Shown: positions 23,985-37,735 of the stretch, one piece after another
Numbering within the stretch: the first letter of the stretch is position 1
Layout of the letters: each line of letters starts with the position of its first letter
Translations under genes and position numbers: made by a program
From: Callorhinchus milii
Lineage: Eukaryota
DNA length: 64,000 bases
Direction: 5' to 3'
Assembly: GCF_018977255.1 (NCBI RefSeq)
Contig: NW_024704742.1
Location: 82,152,001-82,216,000, forward strand
The notes under the pieces: generated by a model
Databases searched by the model: none
The model's input: the letters and a program-made list of their open reading frames with translations, nothing else
Told to the model about the DNA's origin: nothing

Positions 23985-26105
23985 AATGACTTCAACCTCC
24001 ACTTCATCCCCTCCTGCTCCATCTCCTCAGACTTCTCCTCTCTCCTCTCCTCTCTCAACCTCCCTCTCCACATCCACTCAGCTACCCACACCCACGTCAC
24101 CCACTCCACCTGGTGATCACCCGGGGCCTCAGCGTTTCGGATGTCACCATCACTGACAAGGCCATCTCTGACCACCATTTCATCTTCCTCACCTCCAATA
24201 TCCCTCTCCCCGCTGCCTCCAAACCTAACACCATCTTCTACCGCCCGTGGAAGAAGATCTCCCCGCAATCCCTTTCTGCTGCCCTGGAGTCCTCTGATCT
24301 CCTCCCCCTCTGGGCCACCTCTCACAACAATCCACTCACTGCATTCACTCTTCTCCACAGCACCCTCTCCACCACACTCGACGTTCTTGCCCCCCTCACC
24401 TCCCAAACTGCCTCCTACTCCCAATCCTCACCCTGGTTCACCAGCCACCTCCGCTTGCTTAAGGGCCAGGTGTGGTCTGCCGAACGCACTTGGCTCAAAT
24501 CCAGCCTAACTGTCCAGCGTCATATCTGGCTGGACCTCTTCAAGAACTACCACTATGCTCTCAGCTCAGCCAAATCATCATTCTGTTCCAGATTAATCCT
24601 AGAGACGAAAGGCAATCCTAGGCTCCTGTTCTCCATCAATAGCAGGCTCCTCTTCCCTCCCGACAAGCCTCGGAGATACTTTTTTCCGACTCTCACTGTG
24701 AGAAAATGCTGGACTTCCTCGAGTCCAAAATCGAGGGAATCCACACAGCTGCCACTGCCCTCCCAACTTCCAACCCCTCCTTATCCCCACCCCATACAAT
24801 TACCCATCCGACAATTACCCATCTCCCATCTCTCCTTCCACACCGTTGAACCTGTCACCCCCTCCTTTGTCTTCAACACGGTAACCTCCATGAAGTCCAC
24901 CACCTGCTCCCTCGACCCCATCCCCACCCCTCTCCTTAAATCCCAGCTCCACCTCCTTGCCCCACTACTCGCTGACTACACTAACCTCTCCCTATCACCC
25001 CCACCTAAAAAAAACCTTCCCTCGACTCATCACAGCTATCCAGCTACAGGCCCATCTCAACTCTCCCTTGCCTCAGGGCTCTGTCCTCGGTCCCTTCCTC
25101 TTCACCCTCTACATGCTCCCCCTTGGTGATGTCATCCGCAGACATGGGGTAAATTTCCACATGTATGCGGATGACACCCAACTCTATCTCTCTGCCTCCA
25201 CCCTCAACTCCAGGACTACTGAGGTCCTGACCGACTGCCTGTCCGACATCACGTCCTGGACAAGGGCCAACTTTCTCCCACTCAACGTTAGCAAGACTGA
25301 GGCCCACCTAATTGGTTCGCGCCCGCGCCTCCGCACTTCAGGCGCTGGCAGCATCAGCCGCCATGGCTGCACACTCAACCTCACTAAGCCAGTCAGGAAC
25401 CTGGGTGTCTTGTTTGACTCTGAACTGTCCTTTCTCTCCCACATCCGCGCCATCACCGGCACTGCCTACCACCACCTCCGCAACATTGCCAGACTCCACC
25501 ACTGCCTCACCCCTCAGGCTGCCCAAACCCTCACCCACACATTCATCACCTCAAGGCTTGATTACGGGAACTCCCTCCTCATCGGCCTTCCCAACTCTTC
25601 CCTTCACAAGCTGCAGATCATCCAAAACTCTGCAGCTCATGTGCTCTCATGCACCAGGCTCCACAACCCCATCACTCCCACCCTCGCCCGACTCCACTGG
25701 CTCCCCATCCCCCAGAGGATTGAGTTCAAGATCCTCGTCCTCACCTTTAAGGCCATCCATGGCCTTGCCCCCTCCTACCTCTTTGACCTGCTGACTCCCT
25801 ACCAACTTGCCTGCTCCCTCTGTTCATCAGGCTCCGGTCTGCTCCATGTCTCCCGCCCGACCTGCCCAACCATCGGTGGCCGGACTTTCAGCCTCTCTGC
25901 CCCCACACTCTGGAACTCCAACCCACGGTCCCTTCGCCTTGCTTCCTCCCTTGCCTCCTTGAAGGCCGGTCTCAAGACCCTTCTTTTCGACTGTGCCTTT
26001 GGTCTTCCTCCCACCTCTCTGCCTTCCCTCACCTCTACACCACCCCTCCCCCATGCTTAGGCCCCGACAGCTGACTGTGAAAATGTAATCTTGTTGTTGT
26101 TGTTG
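23985..26105 (+). mobile_element. L2 LINE, ~2.1 kb, internally deleted ORF2 (endonuclease C-terminus, linker, RT C-terminal half)
   Basis: Motifs ISDHHFIF (APE end), [25 protein letters not shown] joined directly to [12 protein letters not shown] at 25164-25175, RNLGVLFD and LHWLP; (TTG)n tail. Confidence 0.97.
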
Positions 26106-26214
26106 TTCCCCTTGATGTCATTTGCAAATGTAATGACCTTTTACTGGGTCTATGCTTCCAGGACATTATTAGATGCAAGGATATGATAGATATAAGGTTC
26201 CTAATATAGACTCA

Positions 26215-27850
26215 AAGAGAAATGCTTAATAAAATTAATATAAATAAAAAAATGGTAATGAAGAAAATAATGAGGCTCAAAATAGACAAATCTCCTTGAC
26301 CTGATAGTTTCCATTTCAGGGTGTGAAAGGAAATAGGAGAGGAAATTGCAGATGTATTCGTCATAATTTTCCAAAGCTCACTATATTCGGCAATTGTGCC
26401 CTGAGATTGGAAAATTGCGAATGTCACCCCTTTATTTAAGAGAGGAAGGGAGAAACCAGAAAACAACAGACCTGTCAGCTTAATGTCAGTTATAGGGAAA
26501 ATACTGGAATCCATCATCAGGGATAGAGTGACTGAACACTTGGAACAGGTATGAGCTATTCAAAGACAGTCAGCATGGGTTTGTGAAGGATAGGTCATGT
26601 CTGACTAATCTGGTTGAATTTTTTGAGGAGGTCACTAAAATGGTGGATAAGATATGGATGTCGTTTATATGGACTTTCAGAAGACATTTGATAAGGTTCC
26701 ACACAAAGATTATTAGTGAAAATGGAAGCGCATGGAGTCAGAGGTAACCTTATGATGTGGCTTGGTAATTGGTTGGGAGGCAGGAAACAGAGTAGGGATA
26801 AAGGGAACGTTCTCTAATTGGTGGGATGTGACAAGTGGTGTCCCCCAGGAGTCTGTACTGGGACCTCAGCTATTCGCCATATATATAAATTGCTTGGATG
26901 AAGGAATGGAAAGTTTTATATCGAAGTTTGCAGATGACACTAAGCTGGGAGGCTCAGTAAATTATGTAGACGGGAGTAGAAAGTTACAAAGGGACTTAAA
27001 CAGATTACGTAAGTGGGCAAACCTGTGGCAGGTGGAGTTCAATGTAGGGAAGTGTGAGGTCATCCAATATGGACCAATAAAAGATAAAGCAGAATACTTT
27101 CTTAATGGGGAGAATTTAAGAACTATGGAGGAGCAAAGGGATTTGGGTGACTATATCCACAAATCACTAAAAACTAGTTCCCGGGTGCAAAAGTAATCAA
27201 AAAGGTGAATGGAATGTTTGCCTTTATCTTAAGAGGTCTGGAATACAAAGGGGAAGTATTGATGCTTCAGCCGTAGAGAGCGTTAGTCAGACCCCATCTG
27301 GAGACTGCGTTCAGTTTTGGGCACCACACCTCAGGAAAGATATATGGGCTCTGGAAGGTGTGCAGTGCAGGTTCACCAGAATGTTACCAGGCTTTAAAGG
27401 GTTAAGTTACGAGGAAAGGCTGCGTAAACTTAGATTGTATTCCTGTGAGCTTAGAAGGTTGAAGGGTGATTTGATTGAGAGATTTAAAATGATAAAGGGA
27501 TTTGATCGGGTAGATACAGTGAAGCTATTTCCTCTAGTTGGGGAATCCAAAACAAGGGGCATAGTCTTAAAATTAGAACCAGGCTATTTAAGAATAAAAT
27601 CAGGAAGTATTTTTTCACTCAAAGGTGATAGAAATCTTGAATTCTCTTCCCCACCAAAAGGCCATGGATGCTGGATCCATCCACACCTTCAGTAGTGAGG
27701 TTGATAGATTTTTGGTAGGTCAGGATATTAAGGGATATGCCGAGAAAGCGGGAAATTGGAATTGAAAGGATTAGTTGAGGTACAGATCAGCCATGATCTA
27801 ATTAAATGAGGGAACAGGGTTGAAGGGTTGAACAGCCTTAATACCTCTCT
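26215..27850 (+). mobile_element. CR1 LINE, ~1.6 kb 5'-truncated RT region with stops and frameshifts
   Basis: Motifs DWKIANVTPLFK, RPVSLMSV, QHGFVKDRSCLTNL, MDFQKTFDKVPH, VTSGVPQESVLGP, KFADDTKLGG, LWQVEFNVGKCEV, RLKGDLIE, then a CR1 3' UTR. Confidence 0.97.
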
Positions 27851-28204
27851 CCATTTTGACCTAGCTCTCCTATCAATGACCCTCTGCCAATTCCCTTCAG
27901 CCAATTCTGAATCCAAGTCCATGTCTTGCTCTTAATATTCAGTGACCACAGTTTGTGGAGGAGTGTTTTATATATTACATTTTGGAAGTCTAGATATACT
28001 ATATCCTATGGATTCCGACCGTCAATTTGATCTGTCACCTACTCAAATAAATCTACGAGATTGGTCAGACAAGACCTATGCTTTACTAACCTATTTTGAC
28101 TCTCACTTATTAGGTTTCGTTTTATGTACAAATAATCTTCCATTTTCTTTGTGATGATTGACTCCATTATTTTTCAAGTTATTGAAGTCAGGCTAATGGA
28201 TCTG

Positions 28205-28412
28205 TAATAATGATGATAATAATAATAATCCTTGCATTTCATATAGCACCTCACATCATTGAGACATCTCAAAGTGCTTCACAGAATATATTGTAAACTG
28301 TATATTTTGTGGGTGAAACACAGCAACCAATTACACACAGCGGTGTCCCACAAACAGTTGTGGATTGAGTGACCAAATTAATATTATAATTTTGGGGGAG
28401 GGATTATTATCA
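28205..28412 (-). mobile_element. tRNA-derived SINE, 3' half
   Basis: Match to the SINE tail and body. Confidence 0.85.
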
Positions 28413-30376
28413 GATATAGGTACCAGATATGATTCTGTCACACTTTTATGTTTCCAGTCTGTTGGAATCTCCCCACTGGTGATTGACTCACTCATAATGG
28501 TCTGTGAGTGATATAGAAATCTCCTGCCTTTTCTTACTTAAACACCCTGTTGTAGAGTTCAGCCATCCTCGGAGGATGGTTGGTTTTCAGCAGCCTGAAC
28601 CTATATAGAAGCTCAGCTTCACTGATCAAAGTCTTGAAGCTCAAACAGTATTGGACGAATGTTTGGGGCATGTTTCAGTGTTCTCCCTAGAATCACTTAT
28701 GTTTAGCTTTTCTTCCTTCTTCAGGCAAGCTTAGTCTGTATGATTTCCTGTGAAAGGAACCTGATGTAGCTTTCGAACACCTACCACTTCCTTCCACAGG
28801 TTGGCAGACGAAGAGAGTGTTAGTTACAGCCCAGGCATGACTCTTCCTTCCAATTGAACATTCCCTTCTTTCCCTCCGTGCCCCTCCCTGGAATATATTG
28901 TGTCCTTCTCTAGACATGCCTCTGCATGTTGTAGCTCAGATCATCATGGATTCTTTTTGTACCACCCCTTGGATAAATAGTTAAAATAACACATCTTGGA
29001 TTTAAACTTTAATTTTTGAATACTCACCCTCTTGTGCTCCTATTGCAACACCAAGCTGTTAATATGTTCTAAGGATAGTCCTTTGCATTTGATATAACAC
29101 CTTTCCCATTGATAAGGTCGCAAAAACACTTCAAAAGTAATTCCTGTCAATTACATTGAGTCTTTAGGTGTAGGCGAATGTGGCAGCTAATTTACACACA
29201 GCTGGTCGCACAAAACAGCCATGAAGTGAATTTTATCTGGAGAATTGTTGGCCAGGACACCAGAAGAAACTCCCTTCTCCAGCTGAATAGTAGTTCTCTG
29301 AACAAAAATCAAATTGGAAGCGTAGATTGAATTTGAGTTATGCATTGAAAAGTGTCGAAATGGTAAGAGGAGAACTTGCTGAAGATAAAAAGAAAATGAA
29401 AAATGATGGAAATCAGAAATAAAAAGTAAAATTCTAGAAAAATCAAAGAAATTGAACATCTGAAAGAGAAAGATCAAGATCCGCTTCTTCACTGAAATTA
29501 GGTTCATCTTGAAGTGATGAAAAATAAATGGAGGTAAATTTTGCAGTGTTTCTTAACGTATTCCTTGTTTTAAGTAGCACAAGGAGGCATTAAGAAATAC
29601 CGATGCATTTGTTCCTTAAGTATCATGGGTTTAAAGTCACCTAATTACCTGAATGGATTCTCCAGTGTAATTAATGTTCAGAGAACTACTCATTTGCCAA
29701 AGCCACACATGTAGATGGTGTTGTATCACATTTGTAGCCCTCCCTTCATAAAATAGTTTTACCATTTCAGAGGGCCGTTAAAGTTCTCATGGCATATTCA
29801 AATAAAGAGGGGAGTTTCTGATCTCACATAGTCAATGGATATTCCTTATTGTGTTTGTGTTGCTAATTAAGATAAAACACAGTGCAGGTTTTACCTCCCA
29901 GTGTTCTTCTGACAGTTCTGCAAGTTTGAATGTTATGGAGTTTAATAACAGTAATCCTTACAGTTAATATTTCACATCAGGAAGACCACAGGATATCTGT
30001 ACAGTGGAGTGACTATGTTTTTGTGGTCAAACATGGTTGCCGATTTGTGCATACTAATGTCCCACATACAGCCATGAAATGAATAGTACAGTAGCTTTCA
30101 GTTGGATATATATAACATTCCGATATCTATAAGAATCTCCTTGGCTCTTTAAGCACTCTTGAGTCTTTATCCTATATTAAAAGCTTTCTATTCCTACGCG
30201 CTGTTGTTGCCCTTTCTTTCTTCGGTCCACAATTTCTCCAGTGTTTCTGTGAGCACACAGTTCCAAAATCCAAGAAGGCCCTAAGCTCAAAGTGGGCAAG
30301 TGCTCCTCTGCCCAACCTTTTTATGAGAAAGAGGATATCAGAGCAAAGTGTCACTAAACTGCTTTTAGATGCCACC

Positions 30377-31000
30377 TTTTGTTTGGTCAGCCGCTCGTCT
30401 GACACATGTGAAACCCCACCACCATGCTTAGGAGTATCCAAACCAAGCTGAGAGTTCCACATATGTATGTTGCCTACACATGGAAATTCCCATGTGTTCT
30501 CTCCAAGGAAGGATGCATCCTGCTTACCGTTTTCCAGTTAGTACTGGGTACAGGTTGGCATGAGACAAGGCTTGGGGGACCCTAGAGAGTGTGTAGGGAT
30601 ATTGGAATTAAACAGTTAAAAGCATATAGCTTGTTATTAAAAGCACTGTCTGCTAAGCTTCCCTCGGTTTGTCCAGCTATCTTACCTGTTTGGGCTGTGG
30701 ATTGCAGGGTTAAACATAGCTGAGTGGGAAGAATACAATGCACACAGTTTATATTTACATTGTGCATTTCATTTTGGGAGGACATCCCAAAGCACATAAA
30801 TCTGCTCCTTTAAGTTCCAATGATTAGTTAGGCTGGCTGCTCTGTCATCACCAGTGCCCTGGATTACTGCGAACCTATTCTGCTCAGGTGCCAGACTACC
30901 GAGACTACCACAGAAGGTTGACTTGATTCCAACATTTTTGAAATATGTCATTTTGGAACCAATTCAGCTCCAAGGAAACCCAGCTTACCTTCCTCCCCAC
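30377..31000 (-). mobile_element. Family X, near full length
   Basis: On the minus strand: 3' end gtgtcagacgagcggctgaccaaacaaaa and 5' hairpin ttggagctgaattggttccaa. Confidence 0.75.
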
Positions 31001-33159
31001 CACCCCCAGCACCTCCCATTTCACAAGCAGGTGTTTGAACCCTCACAAGGTGAAGGCAGGTATCAGAAATTACCTGTGAGCTTCTGGGGGCAACACAGTT
31101 CAGCATGAAAAATGTGAGTGCGTTGTCACCATCTTCCTGCCCACAGCTTGGAAATGCATCCCTTCCCATTGAAGGTGGGTTCCACCAGTTGGAGGTGTGG
31201 ATCTTGAGCAGCATCTGCTTACCTCTCTGTAAGCTAATCAAGGTGAATTCCAAGCCCTGCATAGATGAACGTGTGGTCATGAACCTAGGCTCCAGGTAAC
31301 ACCTTCTAGCAGCTGCTGTCCAAATCCTCAGAGTTTCCTCATCAGCTATTTGACGGACATCGTGGTGGGAGGACTTTTACAGGACAGCTTGTGACATGCC
31401 AGCCACCTTGACTTTCTTGAGGTCCAAGTCCAACTCAATGCAGCAGTACTACTCAGCACCAAGTCCTCATGTGAGGGGCTCTGGCAAATAGATCCTCCTG
31501 CTGTGAAGCAGACTCCAGGGTGCTCAGCAACAGTTCAGTGTAGACTGAAGCTCTTCCTTCCTGCAGCCGCATGCCTCCTCCTGCCAGGTTCAAGGACAGT
31601 AGCTATACTGACCTTGAGCTGGGGAGGCTGAGACATCTGAAAGCGGTCCAGTGACACCTCTCTCTGATTCTCTCTCCCTCACTCCCGGTGGAGAAATATC
31701 TCACTAAAGCTTGGTAACCATTTCCGCACAGCCCTGTGTGGGTCGAGTCATTTTGAGAAGACAACTTAGCGGGAGATTGAACTTGCACCTTAATGCTCCG
31801 TGACACCAGGAACTGTACTCTGCCTTGCTGCCTTCTAAATAGCTGCTTAGACTCTCAGAGAATCTCGGCAGCCGACTTTCATTATTCATGCTGCACATCT
31901 TGGCAAGCCCCAAGGGTGTGTGGTGTGAGAGAGAGAGAGAGAGCAAGAGAGAAGCTGGGAAGAGCATAAGCAAGAAAAAGGCAAACCGGCACAGAGACGG
32001 AGAGAGCATCAAAACCATACTAAAGGTAATAGCAGAAAAAAACTAAGTATGATAAAATGTTCTACATAATGTACATTTCCTGCATTTGATCAGTTTCTTT
32101 TGTTTACATTTCTTGTGTTCCTTTTCCCCGTTTACATGTGTTTTGGATTGGAATATCCCTACTGTTCAATTGTTTCTGTACTTTTCTTGTTGCGTTTTCA
32201 TCAATGCATGCACTGAAAAATATCTGAACAAATCTTGGAAAATACAAGGAAAATATAACGTGCAGGAGAAGTCTGATCTGGGAGAGTTGGCCCTTACCCA
32301 GACTTCCCATCTCTTAGAAATTGCTGATTATTAATATTGATTTCACATTGCACATAAAGGTGGATGAAGTATATAGTCCAATTGGTTTGATTCTTTCCCT
32401 CTCTTCTACCTGATGCATCGAATTAATGCAACTTTCTTGGTCCAATTGCGATTACATGATTCACAGATGCCTATATCTGGTGAGGCAAGCGGGATGGTAA
32501 TGTTATGATTTTGCACGAGTTTTGGGGAAGCTTACATTGAGCCACAGGCACAAGCACAATAGATGGAGTGGCAGTTCATCGATCTCAGCATCTTAAGGAA
32601 TACTTGTGAGGAGTTCCCTTGAGCCAGAGTGGAACTAGAGCCAAGTGTGATGTAGCGGCTGTAAAAGGTTATTCACTTAAAAACTAGACTTTGCAAGATA
32701 ACTGAACAGGCAAGTGGGAGCTGTGGGTGTTTTTAAAATAATTCCTTGACATTAATATGCAGAAATTTGATGGAATTAACTCAAGTGCAACTTGAGTAAG
32801 AATCATTGTGGACATGATGAGTGGGAAGGAGCGGCAGCTGGTTAATGTGTAAATAATTTCATATCATTTTTATTAACGTTGAGTTTAATTTGTATCATGA
32901 AAGAGGTTCGGATAAAGAAAGTCCTTTGGCCCTTTTGATCTCATCCTTCCGGAAAACTAATTCTACCATTTTCTCATCACATCAGCAAGCTGTTTCTTAA
33001 AGTGGTCCATTATCCTTCCTAATAACTTGTTACTTGGTCTTGATTATCTTGTTACCAGGTCTTGATTATTTTGTATGGAAAGAAATACTTCCTGGTATCT
33101 ATTCTTCAATCCTCCTTGAGAGGGGTGCATGCGGAGGACAGCGTGAATGTCAGATTCAT

Positions 33160-33490
33160 GTTCACCCTCTGTGGCAGTCTCGGTAGTTCGATTCCTGAGC
33201 CAGGAGTGTCTGCAGTACTCCAGGGCAATGCTGATGGTTAGACTCCAGCCATACCCCAACACACATTGTGGGTCTCCAGGCCTTGGCTCTTGTCAACCTG
33301 CGCCTAATACTTTCTGGAATTAAACAGGGTGTGTCTCTCCAGGAAGGGAGAACACATTCCATTCCAACAATCTATCTCTGTGATTTCCATGTGTAGGTGG
33401 GATACATGGAATTTTCATTTTGGTTTGGGTACTCTTGAGCATGGTGATGGGTTTCATCATGTGTCAGACACCCGGCTGATCCAAAAAAAA
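33160..33490 (+). mobile_element. Family X, internally deleted
   Basis: Ends gtgtcagacacccggctgatccaaaaaaaa. Confidence 0.75.
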
Positions 33491-33872
33491 GTGTCTATTC
33501 TGAATGCCCTCTTCCAACTTTGGCCTTCTTGTTTTGCTCTCTTGGTGTATTTCATTTCAGTGTTCCAGGTTTCTAGACTCCAGTACTTGTTTTATTTAAA
33601 CACATCTTTGAGGTCACCTTTGAGACATCTATTTTTGAGGCTGAAGAGTCCTATTTCTTAAGTAATCACTCCTTGCAACTTGCCATTTAAAACAATGTAT
33701 TAGCTTTGTTGCTGTCTTTTGCACTATGTCTGCAGATTAAAAGACCCCCTTACACTCTTTGTAATCGTGACAACAACTGTACACAATTATTCCATCACCC
33801 CATTCTTCTCATTCTTATTCTGTAGCTTTCACTCTAACAGAAATGTTAGTACAGAAGATAATTTGGCCCCTT

Positions 33873-34249
33873 GGAGTGCTGTAGCTTAGTGGTTAGAGCA
33901 CTCGCCTTGCAAGTGAGAGGATCTGGGTTTGATTCCTGGGGAGGGTGAAATATTGGGCAAGTTTCCTTATGCCACACGCCTTGTTTATCTAGTAGTGAGT
34001 AGGAGCCCGGTTGTTAGTCGATCAGCGGATCGCTTTTCCAGGAGTAATAATTGCTTCAAAACAATAAATACATTTTTTAAAATAATAATAGTTTGGCTAG
34101 TCAATGTAAGACTGTTTGTTGGACACTGCTATGCGTAGTTGGCTGCCACGTTTCGCCCACAAAATACACAGTCAATTCACTTTATATTACATTTTTGAGA
34201 TGTCTTGAAGATGTGATAAGGCGCTACATCAAATGTAAGAATTACTATT
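33873..34249 (+). mobile_element. tRNA-Ala-like SINE, long subfamily, full length
   Basis: Head, middle and tail are all present. Confidence 0.92.
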
Positions 34250-34619
34250 GTGTCTGTGCCTTGCTAGCTCCCCAATGGACCTTTCTCCACTGTGCTTTAA
34301 TCTTTCATTCGGTAGGTGTTTATCCTTTTCTCTTTTAAATGACTTAATTGATTCTGGTTTGTAGTCACTTCTGATAACTTGTTAAGCACTTAAGACATTC
34401 TTTTATGTAAAAGATGCTAACTAAATATAAATTGCAAACTACTCGAAGAAGAGCACTTCTTGTACTTGTTAAAAGATACTTCTCATGATGCCAAGCTACG
34501 TGGGCAGGTGACTAATATAAAAGGATAACCAGCATTGGTAAAAATCTAGACTGATTAAACACATGGGCTAAAGAGTGACAGATGGATTTTTAATGTACAT
34601 GAAGGGAAACAAGCCGATT

Positions 34620-34732
34620 CTAGCATCCCTACTGATTCTCTGGCTGAGCTCAGCTGACTAAGCAAAAGCTGGAAATTTTATCTGCAACCTTCTGCTCTGC
34701 ATGGCTCAGTTACACACTTACTAACTCAGCCA
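34620..34732 (-). mobile_element. Fragment of a third, old SINE-like family; related piece at 52980-53135 (+)
   Basis: Minus strand ...actgagccatgcagagcagaagg...ttagtcagctgagctcagcc overlaps ttagctgatctcagcc at 52982. Family name not assigned. Confidence 0.45.
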
Positions 34733-34819
34733 AGAGTTCAGTTAACTGAGCTTGGACAAAGCTGGGACACTTCCGGTCAATATTGAACAAAAAAAACAAT
34801 GCACCCTCAGGGAATGATT

Positions 34820-35150
34820 CCTGGTAACCCTGCAAGCTAAACATATCAGGTGGTCCCAGGTGAACGAGCAGTGGTCTCAGTGGCAGTTTATATGTTCTTT
34901 GCTGGTTAAACTCCAGCAGTACCCCAACATACACTCTGTAGTCCCAAAACCTTGGCTCTTGCCAGCCTGTGCCTAATACCCTCTGGGATCAGATGAGCAG
35001 GATAGCTCCCCCCAGGGAGAAAGTTCAGAGTCCATTCCAGACACAGGGAAATGTGTAGATGACATACATATGTAGAACTTTTGAGTCTCTCTTGAATGTT
35101 ATTAAGTGATGGGTTTCTGTGGGTGTCAGACAGCCGGCTGACCAAAAAAA
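34820..35150 (+). mobile_element. Family X, 3' half
   Basis: Ends gtgtcagacagccggctgaccaaaaaaa. Confidence 0.75.
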
Positions 35151-35524
35151 ATTAAGGAGCCAGCCAAATTATATTTTGTAGAGTTGTTCTGATCTTGGCT
35201 GTTCCATTAGCAGAAGCTGCTATGCCAGGGAAGCTATGACTTCTCCACAGGCAGAGAGGAAAGCATCAGTGGGCAGCTCACACTGAAACACTCTTGCATA
35301 CTTGCCAGTAATTGATATCAATTGATACTATTGGAACCTCAGAGCAGGTTTCCTGAATCCTCACTTATCTTGGAGTGACGCTTGAAATGAAGAATTTAGA
35401 AAGAAAGAATGCTGAATAGTGGTAGAAAAATAGAAATAATACTTGCATTTGATATAACGTTGTATCACAGTACTGAAACATCTCAAAGCATTTCTCAGGA
35501 ATTACTGCAAAAGTGTAAGGACAT

Positions 35525-35780
35525 TATAATAATAATAATCCTTGCATTTGATATAGCGCTTTTCACGTCGGAAGGACGTCCCAAAGCGCTTCACAGAACA
35601 CACTGTAAAGTGAATTGACTGTATATTTGTGGGCGAACGCGGCAGCCAATTGCGCACAGCAATGTCCCACAAACAGTCGTAGATTGAAAATGACCAATTT
35701 ATTATTGTTTTTGGTTTTGGAGGGATTATTATTAGGCTCTGTGTGGAGTAAGGAAACTTGCCCAAGGTTTCGCCCTCTGC
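35525..35780 (-). mobile_element. tRNA-derived SINE, youngest short subfamily, 5'-truncated
   Basis: Nearly identical to 39082-39404 and 51680-51992. Confidence 0.95.
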
Positions 35781-35834
35781 CACATTGTGTGTCTGCAGTG
35801 AACACAGCAGGCAAAGTGATCACAGCAGGCAATC

Positions 35835-36145
35835 TGAACACAGCAATGTCCCCCAAACAGTCATGTAGTGAATGATCATTTTTTTTTCCTTCAGAAATTC
35901 TTGGCCAGGACACTAAGAAACTCCCTTCTTTCTTTGATTAGTGCCACGGTATCTTTAGTGTCCACTTGGCATTCTTACAGGACCTTTGTTCAACTTCTTA
36001 TCTGAAGGTCAGCACTTCTGACAATGCAGCACTCCCCCAGCATTTCACTAGAGTATCAGCTATGAGCTCAAAATCCCAACGTGTGGCTTGAACTCACAAC
36101 CTTCTGAATGAGAGTCCAGAGTACTACCAACTGAACCAAGCTGAT
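35835..36145 (-). mobile_element. Deu-domain SINE
   Basis: ttggccaggacactaagaaactcccttc...gtgccacggtatcttt...ggcttgaactcacaaccttctgaatgag. Confidence 0.8.
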
Positions 36146-36949
36146 ATAGAACAAATTATTAGGTGGATAAATGCTACCTTTCTTCATTTTGAGGGATTTA
36201 TTATAGCCAACAATGAAAATACACAGTAACTACCCTGTTCAGCTAAATCATGTGAAGCGCTTTGAGACATCCACCTAACGTGAAAGGTGTTATTTTCAAA
36301 TACATTAAATTTATTATTATTAAGACTGAATTAAGAAATTGTTCACAATTCTGACATTGTAACACAAAATCATCTTACAGGATAAGGCTGGAGTGAATAT
36401 CAAGCCATGGAGGTATTTTTCTACACTGGGGATGATTAACTGTTGGAGCAGGTTATCAGGAAGGGCAGCAGAGGTGAGGGTGCTGGATTCAATCAAGAAG
36501 TAGCTTGATATTAGCAGGAGATGTTGATGTTGCAGAGTGAGCATTCTGGAGGGCTGAGATCAAATGGATGAGAGGGCCTTTTTCATTCATATTGCTCGTG
36601 TGATCTTGTGATTCTAACCACTGGTAGATGTTTGAAATTCATCAGATACACAGCATTTCAATAGGAATAATCAGGCGTATAAACTATAATATTTCTATAT
36701 TCCTGGGGGACTCCACCACTCAAAATACAGTCAGTGCCTCCAATGAGAGTGCCAGCTGTTACTCTTCTGGTCTGATTTATCTGTACAAGTGGATGAAGCA
36801 GTTATATAAATAATTCTTTGTCAGCGGGATCAAATCTGCAATAATCTCTCGTATAGCACCAGCACCGGTAAGATTACCAGTTCAAAGATTTACTCAGAGT
36901 TACTCCTTTGTTCATGTAACCACACACACAGGCACACGCTGCATTGTGT

Positions 36950-37312
36950 CAGACTGGCCCAGTTGGTAGTACTCTTGCCTCTGAATCAGAGATTGAGGTT
37001 CAAGCTCCACATTGGGGTTTGGAATCATATAGTCTAAGGTGAGATTCAGTGTTGGTGGTATCTTGAATTGTCGGAGGTGCCGTCCTTCAGATGAGACGTT
37101 AAACCATTCCACATCTACCTGTTCAGTGGATGAAAAAGATCCCATGGCATTATTCAAAAAGAGAAGGAAGTTTCTCCCCGTGTCCTGCCCAACAATCCTT
37201 CAAATAAAATTGCTCATTCACTCCATGGCTGTTTGTGGGACATTGCTATGCAAACTAGCAGCCGCATCCGCTCGTAAAACATACAGTATATTCTGTGAGG
37301 TACTTTGAGACA
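36950..37312 (+). mobile_element. Deu-domain SINE, well preserved
   Basis: ggaggtgccgtccttcagatgagacgttaaacc...aaagatcccatggcattattcaaaaagag...gctgtttgtgggacattgct. Confidence 0.88.
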
Positions 37313-37559
37313 ACTCACTGGTCTGATCTGTTTGTAAAATGATTTGTCGCTTTGGCACTCACTCCTTTTAAAGCAAAGATGTCCACAGACTACCGGCTTG
37401 GATGGATTACAAATTGGTAAGACTAAATTGGCAAATTATTACACTTTGCAGTTGCTGAGGACAGGCCAGTGGCAATGACAACCTCAATTATAACACTAGC
37501 ACTGTATAAAATAAAACTTACATCTGATATAGCACCTTACTGTACCTCAAAACACCGTA

Positions 37560-37735
37560 CCTCACAACAAAAGTAGCCAAGACACTAGTCCATGCCTTCG
37601 TCACTTCCCAGTTAGACTATTCCAATGCCCTCCTCGCTGGTCTGCCCAGTTCCACCATAGACAAAATACAATTAATTCAGAACTCCGCAGCCCAGATTCT
37701 CACCCGCACAAACCTCCATCCCCCAATCACCACCA
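37560..37735 (+). mobile_element. L2 ORF2 fragment from a different subfamily
   Basis: Translates AKTLVHAFVTSQLDYSNALLAGLPSSTIDKIQLIQNSAAQILT. Confidence 0.85.

Noticed and set aside
29385..29480. Possible third Penelope-like fragment
   Set aside because: A-rich and too degenerate; no hammerhead core or TSD visible.
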